Assembly (NCBI GenBank): GCA_963769885.1
Contig: CAVYNH010000006.1
Location: 480,001 to 544,000 of the forward strand
Reading direction: 5' to 3'
DNA length: 64,000 nt
Source: Methanobacteriota archaeon
Lineage (GTDB): Archaea > Thermoplasmatota > E2 > DHVEG-1
Shown here: piece after piece, positions 1 to 9,900 of the stretch
Numbering within the stretch: position 1 is the stretch's first letter
How the letters are laid out: every line of letters starts with the position of its first letter
The notes under the pieces: generated by a model
Database searches by the model: none
The model's input: only the letters and a program-made list of their open reading frames with translations
What the model was told of the DNA's origin: nothing
Translations under genes and position numbers: made by a program

Positions 1-2
1 TT

Positions 3-1022
3 TGGGTCTGTAACGTGGGAAGCGGTGCGATCGTCACCCATGTCGTGCGGCTTAACGATGTGAACCTGAACGGCTATGATGATATCCTCGTCGGCCATAG
101 TGGACAAATGACTGTGCAGTTGCTTGATGGGCTTGACGGCTCGCTGATCTGGGGGCATTCAACCGCGGATCAACCCTGGAATGTAGCTCGTCTCGCGGAC
201 ATCAGCGGCGACGGGGTCGATGACGTCGTGGTAGGGACACTGTACACGAACAACTACGCCTATTTCCTCAGCGGCGTCGATGGGTCGGAGTTGACGGCGC
301 CGATTTCGTACGGTCAGGCTCTTGATGCCATCGCTGCCATCCCGGATGTCGTCAATGACGGCTCCATGGAGATGATGGCTGGAGGGCGGGACGGCAAGGT
401 CACCTGTTACTCCGGCGGGCTCAATGCCTCCCAAGGCCCGATGCACCTGACCGCGGATTTCATCGCAGACCCTAGGTCAGGGGAGACCCCGCTCCAGGTG
501 CAGTTCAACGATACGTCGGTGGCAGAGAACACGACGATCACTTCCTGGAAGTGGGATTTCAACCATGATGGGATCATCGATTCCACAGTGCAGAACCCCT
601 TATGGATATATACGGAGCCTGGGAACTATACGGTGTCTTTGACGGTCTCCAACGGGCATCTCACCGATACCATGACCAAGGAGGACTACATCACGGTTCT
701 CCAGGGGAAAAACCCTATCGTGATTGGTAACGTCACGGGTGGTCTGATGAAGATACAGGCAGAGATCCACAACAACGGGACCCTTAATTTGAGTCAAGTC
801 CAGTGGAGCTTCACGGTCAGTGGGGGCTTTGTCCTGCTTGGGAAGACGAAGGAAGACATGATCTTCATGCTGGCAGGCGGGCAGACTGAGGTAATCGTTG
901 ATAGACCAGTGCTCGGCCTGGGAAAGGTCACTATCGAAGTCACTGCGAAAGCGCCAGACTACGAGAAAGCCACGAAGACCGTGGAGGGGGTCCTCCTTTT
1001 CTTCTTCGTCATCATCCGGTAG
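3..1022 (+). CDS. Secreted FG-GAP-repeat / PKD-domain protein with conserved C-terminal domain (5' truncated by window edge)
   Basis: Frame open to window start; DVNLNGYDDILVG and DISGDGVDDVVVG repeats; PKD motif WKWDFNHDG...YTEPGNYTVSLTV; C-terminal GG...W...GG.VLLG...LGLG...LFFFVIIR domain shared with 3 other genes. Confidence 0.85.
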   Translation, partial: WVCNVGSGAIVTHVVRLNDVNLNGYDDILVGHSGQMTVQLLDGLDGSLIWGHSTADQPWNVARLADISGDGVDDVVVGTLYTNNYAYFLSGVDGSELTAPISYGQALDAIAAIPDVVNDGSMEMMAGGRDGKVTCYSGGLNASQGPMHLTADFIADPRSGETPLQVQFNDTSVAENTTITSWKWDFNHDGIIDSTVQNPLWIYTEPGNYTVSLTVSNGHLTDTMTKEDYITVLQGKNPIVIGNVTGGLMKIQAEIHNNGTLNLSQVQWSFTVSGGFVLLGKTKEDMIFMLAGGQTEVIVDRPVLGLGKVTIEVTAKAPDYEKATKTVEGVLLFFFVIIR

Positions 1023-1111
1023 CTGGTCCACGGCCACGAATAAAATCGAAGGAAACCGGCGTCCAAACACCGGGATGCCGCTGTTTCTTCCTTTTTTTTA
1101 TTATTATTTTA

Positions 1112-1936
1112 TCAGTGTTCAAGGGGTGTTATCATCGGCATTGGTCGATCCCAGGTGGTGTGAAGGAAGGCGGACTGTTGTTGGATTTGGAAGTCGTGCA
1201 GGGAGGGATTAAATTCCTCAATTTTCTGGATGAGGTAGAAGATGGTATGTGATCCTATGGTGTGTTGGGCGAGGTCGATGGGAATCCAGCCTGCGGTGGG
1301 GGTGAGGCATTCGGCCCAGGCATGGGGCTCCGGGGTCGTCCCTTCGATGAGGTAACCGGTGAGGCGTCGGCTGGGGATGCCGCGTAGCCTGGAAAGGGTG
1401 ATGAAGAGGTCAGTGTACTCGTCGCAGTCGCCGATGCCGGTGCTAAGGACGGCGTCGGCGCCCCAGCGTTTGTCCTGCGGCTCGGGGCTGTGGATGATGG
1501 CAGTAATCGCCTTTGACACATCGGAGAGCCAGTCTTGGAGGCGGTCGGTGGTGAACCACCGTTCGGCAGCGAGAGCTTTGATTTGGGGGGAATTGAGGGG
1601 CCAGTAGGGGTGGCTTTGGGTGTATTTCTTGACGAGATCATGTGGGATGTCGGAGATGCGGCCGTAGTCGCGGGGCGGCTGGGTGGGGTGTGGGGTGACG
1701 GCGATGGTGCGGTCGAAGGAGAGAGTGCCTCTGGTGGGGACTTTGCCGGTGTAGAGGAAGTAGGTGTTGAGGCCTTTAGTTTTGAGGGTGCAGTCCCTGG
1801 GTGGTTCTCGGATTGTGACGGTCTGGCGGTAGGGTGGATAGTGGTAGAATTTGATGCGCAGGCTTGGTGCTCCTCGGGCGGCCTGGTAGATAAGGCGGTC
1901 GGTGTGATGGACGAGCCAGCCGGTGGGGGTGGGCAT
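1112..1936 (-). CDS. Transglutaminase-like domain protein
   Basis: GDCDEY, HAWAE and GWIPID (Cys-His-Asp triad); start moved to ATG 1936 because the upstream extension overlaps paaK. Confidence 0.85.
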   Translation of the reverse strand: MPTPTGWLVHHTDRLIYQAARGAPSLRIKFYHYPPYRQTVTIREPPRDCTLKTKGLNTYFLYTGKVPTRGTLSFDRTIAVTPHPTQPPRDYGRISDIPHDLVKKYTQSHPYWPLNSPQIKALAAERWFTTDRLQDWLSDVSKAITAIIHSPEPQDKRWGADAVLSTGIGDCDEYTDLFITLSRLRGIPSRRLTGYLIEGTTPEPHAWAECLTPTAGWIPIDLAQHTIGSHTIFYLIQKIEEFNPSLHDFQIQQQSAFLHTTWDRPMPMITPLEH

Positions 1937-2021
1937 TGGGTGGCCTCGGTTTTTCTTGGAGGAGGAGATGGTCGTCAAGCTTAATAAAGATGAGCGGATT
2001 CCCTTCGTAATTGGGAGTGCT

Positions 2022-3323
2022 ATGGAGTCATTTTTCAACGCGTCCCTGGAGACCTTGCCCCGGAAGAAGCTGGAGGAGTTGCAACTGCAGCGGCTGCGGG
2101 AGGCGGTTCATCGAGTGTATCAGCATGTACCGTTCTATAAGGAAGAGATGAGGCGATTGAAGGTTCGTCCGGAGGATATCAAGTCGCTTGAGGATGTCCG
2201 ACGGTTGCCGTTGACGACGAAGGACAACCTGCGGAAACATGCGCCGTTCGGGCTGCTGGCTACTTCTTTGGATAATTGTATTGAGTTGCATGCATCGTCG
2301 GGGACAACCGGGGTGCCGGTGACCGCGTGTTACACGCGCCATGATCTTGATGTCTGGGGCGAGGTGATGGCGCGGTGCCTGGCGATGTCCGGGTTGACGA
2401 AGAAGGATATTTTTCAGAATCCAATCCCGTATGGGACGTTCACGGGTGCGTTTGGGTTCCATTATGGGGCGCAGCGGGTGGGTGCGCTGGTGATTCCGTC
2501 GGGGATGGGCCAGTCGGAGCGGCAGCTGAAGCTCATGGAGTACTATGGGACGACGTTCCTCTCTGGTGTGGCGTCGTACATGATTCGATTGGGGCAGGTC
2601 GCGGGGGAGATGGGCATCGATCCCAAGAAGCTCAAGGTCCGGAACGGGTTGTTTGGCGCGGAGATGTTCACGCCAGGGCTGAAGAAGCGGATCATGGAGA
2701 CCTGGGATATGGACGTCCATGACATTTACGGGTTGACGGAGATGTGCGGGCCCGGGGTCTCGACGGACTGTGACAGGCACGATGGCCTGCATCTGTGGGA
2801 GGATCATTTCCTGGTGGAATGCCTGGATCCGATCACGCTGGAGCCGGTCAGGCCGGAGGAGGAGGGCGAGCTCGTCCTGACGACGCTGACGAAGGAGGGC
2901 ATGCCGCTATTACGGTATCGGACGCGGGACATCGCGAAGCTCTATGACGCCCGGGGGTGCGACTGCGGACGGACGCATGTGCGGCATTCGATGATCAAGG
3001 GCCGCAGCGACGATATGCTGATCATCCGGGGGACGAACATTTACCCGGGTCAGGTCGAGTCCGTGCTGATGAAGCATCCGGCGGTGGGGGGGAACTGGCA
3101 GATGGTGCTGTCGACGGAGGATGACATCGATCAGTTGACGGTGGTGGTGGAGACGAAGGAGCGGCTCAGTCCGGATGAGAGTGTGCGGTTGTCGGGAGTG
3201 CTGCAGCGGGCGATCCAGGCGGTGATCGTGTTCACGCCGCGGGTGGAGGTGGTGGCGCCGAACAGCATCCCGGAAACTGGTTTAAAGGCGAAGCGTGTTC
3301 TCGATAATCGGAGGAAGGCGTAG
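2022..3323 (+). CDS. paaK: Phenylacetate--CoA ligase
   Basis: SSGTTG P-loop, YGLTE, RYRTRD, GRSDDMLIIRGTN; ATG 2022 after GGGAG. Confidence 0.88.
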   Translation: MESFFNASLETLPRKKLEELQLQRLREAVHRVYQHVPFYKEEMRRLKVRPEDIKSLEDVRRLPLTTKDNLRKHAPFGLLATSLDNCIELHASSGTTGVPVTACYTRHDLDVWGEVMARCLAMSGLTKKDIFQNPIPYGTFTGAFGFHYGAQRVGALVIPSGMGQSERQLKLMEYYGTTFLSGVASYMIRLGQVAGEMGIDPKKLKVRNGLFGAEMFTPGLKKRIMETWDMDVHDIYGLTEMCGPGVSTDCDRHDGLHLWEDHFLVECLDPITLEPVRPEEEGELVLTTLTKEGMPLLRYRTRDIAKLYDARGCDCGRTHVRHSMIKGRSDDMLIIRGTNIYPGQVESVLMKHPAVGGNWQMVLSTEDDIDQLTVVVETKERLSPDESVRLSGVLQRAIQAVIVFTPRVEVVAPNSIPETGLKAKRVLDNRRKA

Positions 3324-3327
3324 GCGT

Positions 3328-3993
3328 ATGAAGGCGCGGGTGCAGGCGCTGCTGTCGTCGCCGGGTCCGCTCGCGGAGAACGAGGTCAAGGGCATCTTGA
3401 AGGTGTACGGTATTCCGACGACGACGTACCAGGTGGTTCATGCTCGGGATGAGCTGTCGCGGTTGTCGGTGCATTTCCCGGTGGCGCTGAAGGTCTGCTC
3501 GCGGAAGATCCTGCATAAGACGGATGTGGGCGGCGTGAAGCTGGGGATCCGGGATTTGGCGGGTCTTCAGGCCGCGTTCCGGGATTTCCAGAAACGGTTC
3601 CCTGGTGAGGCATTCTTGGTGGAGGAGATGGTGAACCCGGGGGTGGAGATCATCATCGGGTTAGTGCAGGACCCGTCGTTCGGCCTGTGCGTGATGTGCG
3701 GCATCGGGGGGATCTTCACGGAGTTGTACAAGGATGTGTCGTTCCGGGTGGTGCCGATTGAGCGGGCGGATGCGGAGGAGATGGTGGAGGAGATCCGAGG
3801 GAAGAAGCTGCTGGAGGGCTTCCGGCATATCCGGGCGAACAAGGAACTGGTCTTGGATCTGCTCATGAGGGTGTCGTGCCTGGGGGAGGAGCTTGGCGCA
3901 TATATTGATCAGTTTGATTTGAATCCCGTGCTGGTGTACGCGGATTCGTTGTGTGTTGTAGACGCGAAGATGGTTGTGAGGAAACCGAGTTGA
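3328..3993 (+). CDS. ADP-forming acyl/acetate--CoA ligase, beta (ATP-grasp) subunit
   Basis: FPVALK...HKTDVGGV, GIGGIFTELYKD, DLNP, VVDA; 4 nt downstream of paaK. Confidence 0.85.
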   Translation: MKARVQALLSSPGPLAENEVKGILKVYGIPTTTYQVVHARDELSRLSVHFPVALKVCSRKILHKTDVGGVKLGIRDLAGLQAAFRDFQKRFPGEAFLVEEMVNPGVEIIIGLVQDPSFGLCVMCGIGGIFTELYKDVSFRVVPIERADAEEMVEEIRGKKLLEGFRHIRANKELVLDLLMRVSCLGEELGAYIDQFDLNPVLVYADSLCVVDAKMVVRKPS

Positions 3994-3999
3994 GGGAGT

Positions 4000-5415
4000 A
4001 TGAAGACGCAGTTCACGGACTATAAGGTGCGGGACATCGGGCTGGCGGAATCGGGGCGCAAGGAGATTGTGATCGCGGAGAAAGAGATGCCTGGGCTGAT
4101 GGCGGTCCGGGAGAAGTACGCGGCGAAGAAGCCGCTGCGCGGCGCCCGGATTACCGGCAGCTTGCATATGACGATCCAGACCGCGGTGCTCATCGAGACG
4201 CTGGTGGAGCTGGGGGCGCAGGTGCGCTGGGCGAGTTGCAACATCTTCTCCACGCAGGACAACGCGGCGGCGGCGATCGCCGCGGGCGGCGTCCCCGTGT
4301 TCGCATGGAAAGGCGAGACGCTCGCGGAGTACTGGTGGTGCACGCAGAAGGCGTTCGATTTCGGCGGCGGGAAAGGCCCGCAGCTGATCGTGGACGACGG
4401 CGGCGACGCGACGCTTATGATCCATAAGGGGATGGAGGTCGAGCGTGACCCGGGTCTCCTGAAAAAAGACTACAGTGGGGAGAATCAGGATTATGCGGAG
4501 CTCATGTACCGGCTCAAGGCGATTCATGCCGAGAACCCGGGGTACTGGTCGCAGATGCTCAAGGACATCAAGGGCGTCTCCGAGGAGACGACGACCGGGG
4601 TACATCGGCTGTACCAGATGTGGGAGCGCGGGGAGCTGCTGTTCCCGGCGATCAATGTGAACGATTCGGTGACGAAGTCGAAGTTCGACAACCTCTATGG
4701 CTGCCGGGAGAGCCTGGTGGACGGCATCAAGCGCGGCACCGATGTGATGCTCGCCGGCAAGGTCGTCGTGGTCTGTGGCTATGGTGACGTCGGCAAGGGC
4801 TGCTGTCAGTCCATGCGCGGCTATGGGGCGCGGGTCGTCGTCACGGAGATCGACCCGATCTGCGCGCTGCAGGCGGCGATGGAGGGCTACCAGGTCCTCA
4901 CGATCGAGGATACGCTGGGCATCGGGAATATCTACGTGACCGCGACGGGGAACAAGGATGTGATCACCCTGGAGCATATGCAGCGGATGCGGGACCAGGC
5001 GATCGTCTGCAACATCGGGCATTTCGACCATGAGATCCAGATCAGCAGGCTGGACCGGATGCCGGGGATCAAGAAGATCAACATCAAGCCGCAGGTGGAC
5101 AAGTACCGGTTCCCGGACGGCCATGAGATCTTCGTCCTTTCCGAGGGCCGGCTGGTGAACCTGGGCAACGCCCATGGGCATCCCAGCTTCGTGATGAGCA
5201 ACTCGTTCACGAACCAAGTCCTAGCCCAGATGCGGCTGTGGCAGCAGAAGCACGAGAATAAGGTCTACATTCTGCCCAAGGAGCTGGATGAGGAGGTCGC
5301 GCGGCTGCACCTTGGCAAGCTCGGCGTCCATTTGACGAAGTTAAGCGAGGAGCAGGCGAAGTACATCGGCGTGAACGTGAACGGGCCGTACAAGTCCGAG
5401 TATTACCGTTATTAG
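4000..5415 (+). CDS. ahcY: Adenosylhomocysteinase (long form)
   Basis: [48 protein letters not shown]. Confidence 0.97.
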   Translation: MKTQFTDYKVRDIGLAESGRKEIVIAEKEMPGLMAVREKYAAKKPLRGARITGSLHMTIQTAVLIETLVELGAQVRWASCNIFSTQDNAAAAIAAGGVPVFAWKGETLAEYWWCTQKAFDFGGGKGPQLIVDDGGDATLMIHKGMEVERDPGLLKKDYSGENQDYAELMYRLKAIHAENPGYWSQMLKDIKGVSEETTTGVHRLYQMWERGELLFPAINVNDSVTKSKFDNLYGCRESLVDGIKRGTDVMLAGKVVVVCGYGDVGKGCCQSMRGYGARVVVTEIDPICALQAAMEGYQVLTIEDTLGIGNIYVTATGNKDVITLEHMQRMRDQAIVCNIGHFDHEIQISRLDRMPGIKKINIKPQVDKYRFPDGHEIFVLSEGRLVNLGNAHGHPSFVMSNSFTNQVLAQMRLWQQKHENKVYILPKELDEEVARLHLGKLGVHLTKLSEEQAKYIGVNVNGPYKSEYYRY

Positions 5416-5483
5416 GGTAAAAAGAGCTCGTAAAAAACAAAGAAAAAAAGGTTGAAAAAAGGGAACGGGAAGGAGGCACGTTT

Positions 5484-5567
5484 TTAGTAGAACCGTTTCC
5501 TTCTTTCAATACGGAGCCAGTGCTCAGAGAGCTCGTCTTCTCGGTAGTCGTCAATCACATTACACAT
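5484..5567 (-). CDS. Putative 27-aa microprotein (MCNVIDDYREDELSEHWLRIERRKRFY)
   Basis: ATG about 25 nt downstream of a minus-strand TTTTAAATA box (5591-5599); T-rich tract downstream on the minus strand. Confidence 0.35.
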   Translation of the reverse strand: MCNVIDDYREDELSEHWLRIERRKRFY

Positions 5568-5612
5568 ACGTATACTAGTAGACTGGACACTATTTAAAAT
5601 TGTCGATAGAAA

Positions 5613-5630
5613 TATCGTCAAATGACGATA
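5613..5630. promoter_or_regulatory. Perfect 8-2-8 palindrome, candidate transcription-factor site
   Basis: TATCGTCA-AA-TGACGATA beside a TATA-like box. Confidence 0.4.
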
Positions 5631-5874
5631 ACAGAGTGAGTACACCCAACCAAAAAAACCCCGCTCCCACGGGTTTCCAATATCCCCTGTGGTCATGCAA
5701 GTTCTTAAAACTTATGCTTCAACCATTCACCGAAGCCCAAAAGATGACCCGACAAATCCGCTTCACATCCGCCGACCATCATACCCTTTATAAAACAAAA
5801 CAAGACGGGTGGCAACCTATATCAAACCCACCCCGCTATCCCCCACACACACCAGAAAAGAGGCACCCACCCCC

Positions 5875-6618
5875 ATGATCACCCTCATCGGCACCGGCCA
5901 CGTCTTCGACCTCACCACCCCGCTCCTCGCCATCCTCCAAGAGAAAAACCCAGACGTCATCGGCGTCGAAATCGACTACCAACGCTACCAAGCCCTCCTC
6001 CAACGCCAAGCCACCCCAGACCAACCCACAACCACAGACAAAAACCTCCCCTTAATCTACCGCCTCCTCGCCCGCTTCCAAGAAAACATGGCCCACCAAT
6101 ACGGCGTCCACGCCGGCGACGAGATGCTCACCGCCATCACCTACGCCCAAAGCCACCAGCTCCCCCTCGAATTCATCGACGTCAACGCCCAACACCTCTT
6201 CATCACCATGTGGCACACCATGCCCATGACCGAAAAACTCAAACTCCTCCTCTCCGGCTTCTCCGGCCTCTTCGTCAGCCGCAAACAAGTCGAAACCGAA
6301 CTGCAGAAATACGAAAACGACTTCAACGCCTACCTCACCGAAATCGGCAAACGCTTCCCCACCATAAAGAAAGTCCTCATCGACAACCGCAACCGCCACA
6401 TGGCCGACGCCCTCATCGAACTCAATACCAAATTCGAACGCGTCGTCGCCTGCGTCGGCGATGGCCACATCCCCGGCCTCACCAGTATCTTCTCAGAACG
6501 GCATATCCCCGTAGAAGCGATCCGGCTCCCGGATCTCCAAAAGATCCAGCCTCCCCCCGCCGACGGCGCCTCCGCAACCTTCACTACCACGTACTCAGAT
6601 CCCACACAAGTCGAATAG
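5875..6618 (+). CDS. TraB/PrgY (TIKI) family protein
   Basis: LIGTGHV, VEID..RY, GDEMLTA, LIDNRNRHMA, VGDGHIPG. Confidence 0.85.
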   Translation: MITLIGTGHVFDLTTPLLAILQEKNPDVIGVEIDYQRYQALLQRQATPDQPTTTDKNLPLIYRLLARFQENMAHQYGVHAGDEMLTAITYAQSHQLPLEFIDVNAQHLFITMWHTMPMTEKLKLLLSGFSGLFVSRKQVETELQKYENDFNAYLTEIGKRFPTIKKVLIDNRNRHMADALIELNTKFERVVACVGDGHIPGLTSIFSERHIPVEAIRLPDLQKIQPPPADGASATFTTTYSDPTQVE

Positions 6619-6700
6619 ACCTCCTTCTTTTTCTTTCACAAGAAACCTAAACTCTGGCGAAGGCTAATTAAGTCCGCAGACGAATAACCTGAAGGTTCAC

Positions 6701-6775
6701 GGGCCTGTAGCCTAGACTGGATAGGGCGACAGCCTCCTAAGCTGTAGGCCGCGGGTTCGAATCCCGCCAGGCCCG
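6701..6775 (+). tRNA. tRNA-Arg(CCT)
   Basis: Cloverleaf GGGCCTG/CAGGCCC; anticodon arm ACAGC-CTCCTAA-GCTGT; GGTTCGAATCC. Confidence 0.95.
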
Positions 6776-6901
6776 TTTCTAGACCGAGCCTTTCCCACTT
6801 CGAAATTCCACAGGCTACGTGAAGTACCCAGCACAACGAAACAAAAAAAGAGGAGAAAGCCCCTCCCACGGAAAATCCCCCATGGGAGGGCTACGTATCT
6901 A

Positions 6902-9900
6902 TTATGACGACTCAGTCTGAACTGGATGCGCGCCGTTGTACAAATGCCACATGATCGCCTTCACGATGAAGTAGCCGATGATGACAGGATGCATCCGCCA
7001 CCGCCAGACCAACATGGAATCCACGGCGCTGTTCCCCGCCTTGTCCGTCGCCACAGCCTTCAAGACATGCTTCATCGGCTTCGGCTCCGACCAAAGATAC
7101 TGATACGGTGGCGTCGTCAACACAGCCTTACTGACGTTGTCGATGAAGATCTCCACATGGTCGACGCCGGACATGTTATCCGTCGCGTTCACAATCACCG
7201 TCAGGTTGTGGAAGAACAACGGCATCGTGAACGGGCACAGCATCCGGTCGAGCAAATAGACCGCGTCGATAGGCTGGTCGATATGGACCGTCGGCGCCCA
7301 CAAGTCCATCATCGAGAAATGCGCAGTGACGGACGCGTTGCCTGAGATGGTGATGGTTACCGGGTTCGTCGTCCCTGTCGCGTTCCCGCTCCAGTGGTCA
7401 AACGTCCAGTTCGCCGCCGGCTGGGCGGTGAGCTGCACCGTCTGTCCGTAGGTGTAGGTCGCCTGCTCCGGGTTCTTGACGACAGTCCCGGATCCGACGG
7501 TCGACACCGAGAGAATGTACTGGATTTGGGTGAAATACGCCGTCACGGCCAGGTTGCCGTTCACGGTGACCTCTACGGGGTTCACGGAGCCTGTTGCATC
7601 CCCGCCCCAGTAGTTGAAGCTCCAGCCCGGGCTCGGGATAGCAGTGAGCCGGACAACCTGCCCGTAGACGTACGTCGTCTGCTCAGGGTCTTTGGTGACT
7701 GTACCGGATCCGTTGACGGACACGGCGATTGTGTACTGATTCTGGGTGAAGTGTGCGGTCACGGCCTTATTCCCATTTATCGTGATGTTCACCGGGTTCG
7801 TCGTCCCCGTGACATTTCCACTCCAATGATTGAACGTCCACCCAGCGGCTGCAACGGCCGTCAACTGGACCGATTGCCCATAGGTATAAGTGCTCTGATT
7901 CGGCAGGCGCGTAATCGTCCCATTCCCGTTCACCGAGGTGGTCAGCGTGTACTGGTTCTGCGTGAAGTGCGCGGCGGCCGCCATGTTCCCGGTGACCGTG
8001 ATCTGCACGGGGTTGGCTGTACCGGTGGCGTTCCCGCTCCAGAAGCTGAAGGTCCAGCCGGGGTTCGGGATTGCGGTGAGGTTCACCGTCTGGCCATAGA
8101 TGTAGGTCGACTGGTTGGGGGTGCGGGTGACTGTCCCGGAACCGACGCTGGACACCGTGACCGTGTACTGGTTCTGCGTGAAGTGCGCGGTGACGGCTTT
8201 GTTACCCGTCATGGTGACGTTGACTGGGTTTGTGGTTCCTGTGGCGTTCCCGGTCCACATACCGAAGGACCAGCCGAGAGTCGGCTGCGCCGTGAGGCGG
8301 ACGACCTGCCCGTAGACGTACGTGGCTTGGCTCGGGTTCTTCGTGACCGTCCCGGAGCCTGCCAGGGTAACGCTGAGGGTGTACTGGTCCTGGGTGAAGT
8401 GTGCGGTGACGGCCGCGTTCGCGGTGATCGTGACATCAACCGTGAGGGCGTTCCCGCTCGCGTTCCCGCTCCAGTGATTGAAGGTCCAGCCCGCCTGGGG
8501 TTGAGCCGTGAGATGGACGATCTGTCCGTAGGTGTAGGTCGACTGGCTGGGGTTCTTAAGGATGCTGCCGTTGCCGTTCACGCTGAGGGTGAGGGTGTAC
8601 TGGTTTTGGGTGAAGTACCCGGTGACGGCCGCGTGGCCGGCCATGGTGAAGTTCACGGGGTTTGCGGTCCCGTTTGCTGCCCCCGCCCAGTGGTTGAAGG
8701 TCCAGCCGAGGTCTGCCATGGCCGTGAGATAGACCTTTTGCCCGTAGACGTAGGTGGTCTGCTGGGGGGAGATCTGGATCGTCCCTGATCCGTTCGTCGA
8801 TACGCTAAGCGTGTACTGGTCCTGGGTGAAGTGTGCGGTGGCCGAGCTGTTGTGGGTGATGGTGATGTTGGCGGTGGGTGATGGTCCCGTGGCATCTCCG
8901 GTCCAGTGATCGAAGCTCCATCCGAGGCTCGGCTGGGCGGTGATATGGACGACTTGGCTGTAGAGGTAGCTTGGATAGTCCGGGTTCTTGATCAGGCTGC
9001 CGTTCCCGATCGCCGTCAGCGCCAGGGTGTAGTGGAGCTGGGTGAAGTGTGCAGTGGCCGTCGTGTTGTCCGTGACCGTGATGTTGATGGGGTTCGTGGT
9101 CCCGGTGGCGTCGCCGGTCCAGTAGCTGAAGCTCCAGCCGGGTTGTGGCTGGGCGGTGAGGTGGATGACCTGGCCGTAGACGTAGGTGGCTAGGGTTGGC
9201 TCGTTGTCGATGCTGCCGTTGCCGATGGTGGCAAGCGAGAGGGTGTATTGGTTCTGAGTGAAGTAGGCGGTGGCCGCCTTGTTGCCGATGATCGTCACGT
9301 TCACAGAAGTGGTCGTGCCGGTGGCGTCGCCGGTCCAGTGGTCGAAGGTCCAGCCGGGTTGGGGCTGGGCGGCCAGTTGGACGGTCTGGTTGTAGGTGTA
9401 GTTGGCTTGGCTGGGGTTCTTATTGATGCTGCCGTTGCCGTTCGTGGTGAGGGTCAGGGTGTAGTGGTTCTGGGTGAAGGAGGCGGTGGCGGTCTTGTCG
9501 CCGTTCATGGTGAGGGAGGTGGTGGTGGTGTTGCCGGTGGCGTCGCCGGTCCAGTGGTCGAAGGTCCAGCCGGGGCTGGCGGTCGCGGTGAGGTTGACGA
9601 GTTGGCCGTAGACGTAGCTGGCGAGGTTGGGGGTCTTGGTGATGCTGCCGGAGCCGTTGCAGGTGAGGGTGAGGGTGCGGGCGGGGACGGTGACTTCGAT
9701 GAGGGTGCGTTGGACGGTGGTGCTGACGCCGAGGAGGACGGCGCAGATCTGTCCGGGGGCGGGGATGAAGCTGCCGTTGCCGCGGGCGGCGTTGACCAGG
9801 GCCCAGCCTTGGGTGTTGAGGCCGAGGTTGCCGCAGTCGAGGAGGTACCAGATGGCGTCTTGGACTTGTTGGTAGCTGGTGCCGACCCTATGGTTGAGGA

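Noticed and set aside
3661-5217. Long antisense and alternative-frame ORFs (also 7394-8788, 9248-10114, 16237-17154, 52952-54130 and many others)
   Set aside because: Shadows of real genes caused by GC-rich, strongly skewed codon usage; no family motifs.
5875-6618. TraB as evidence of conjugation
   Set aside because: TraB/PrgY/TIKI family is a widespread chromosomal protein; no transfer genes nearby.
7304-9679. Regular repeats as a CRISPR array
   Set aside because: 216-bp in-frame diverged coding repeats; no short repeat-spacer structure or cas genes in the window.
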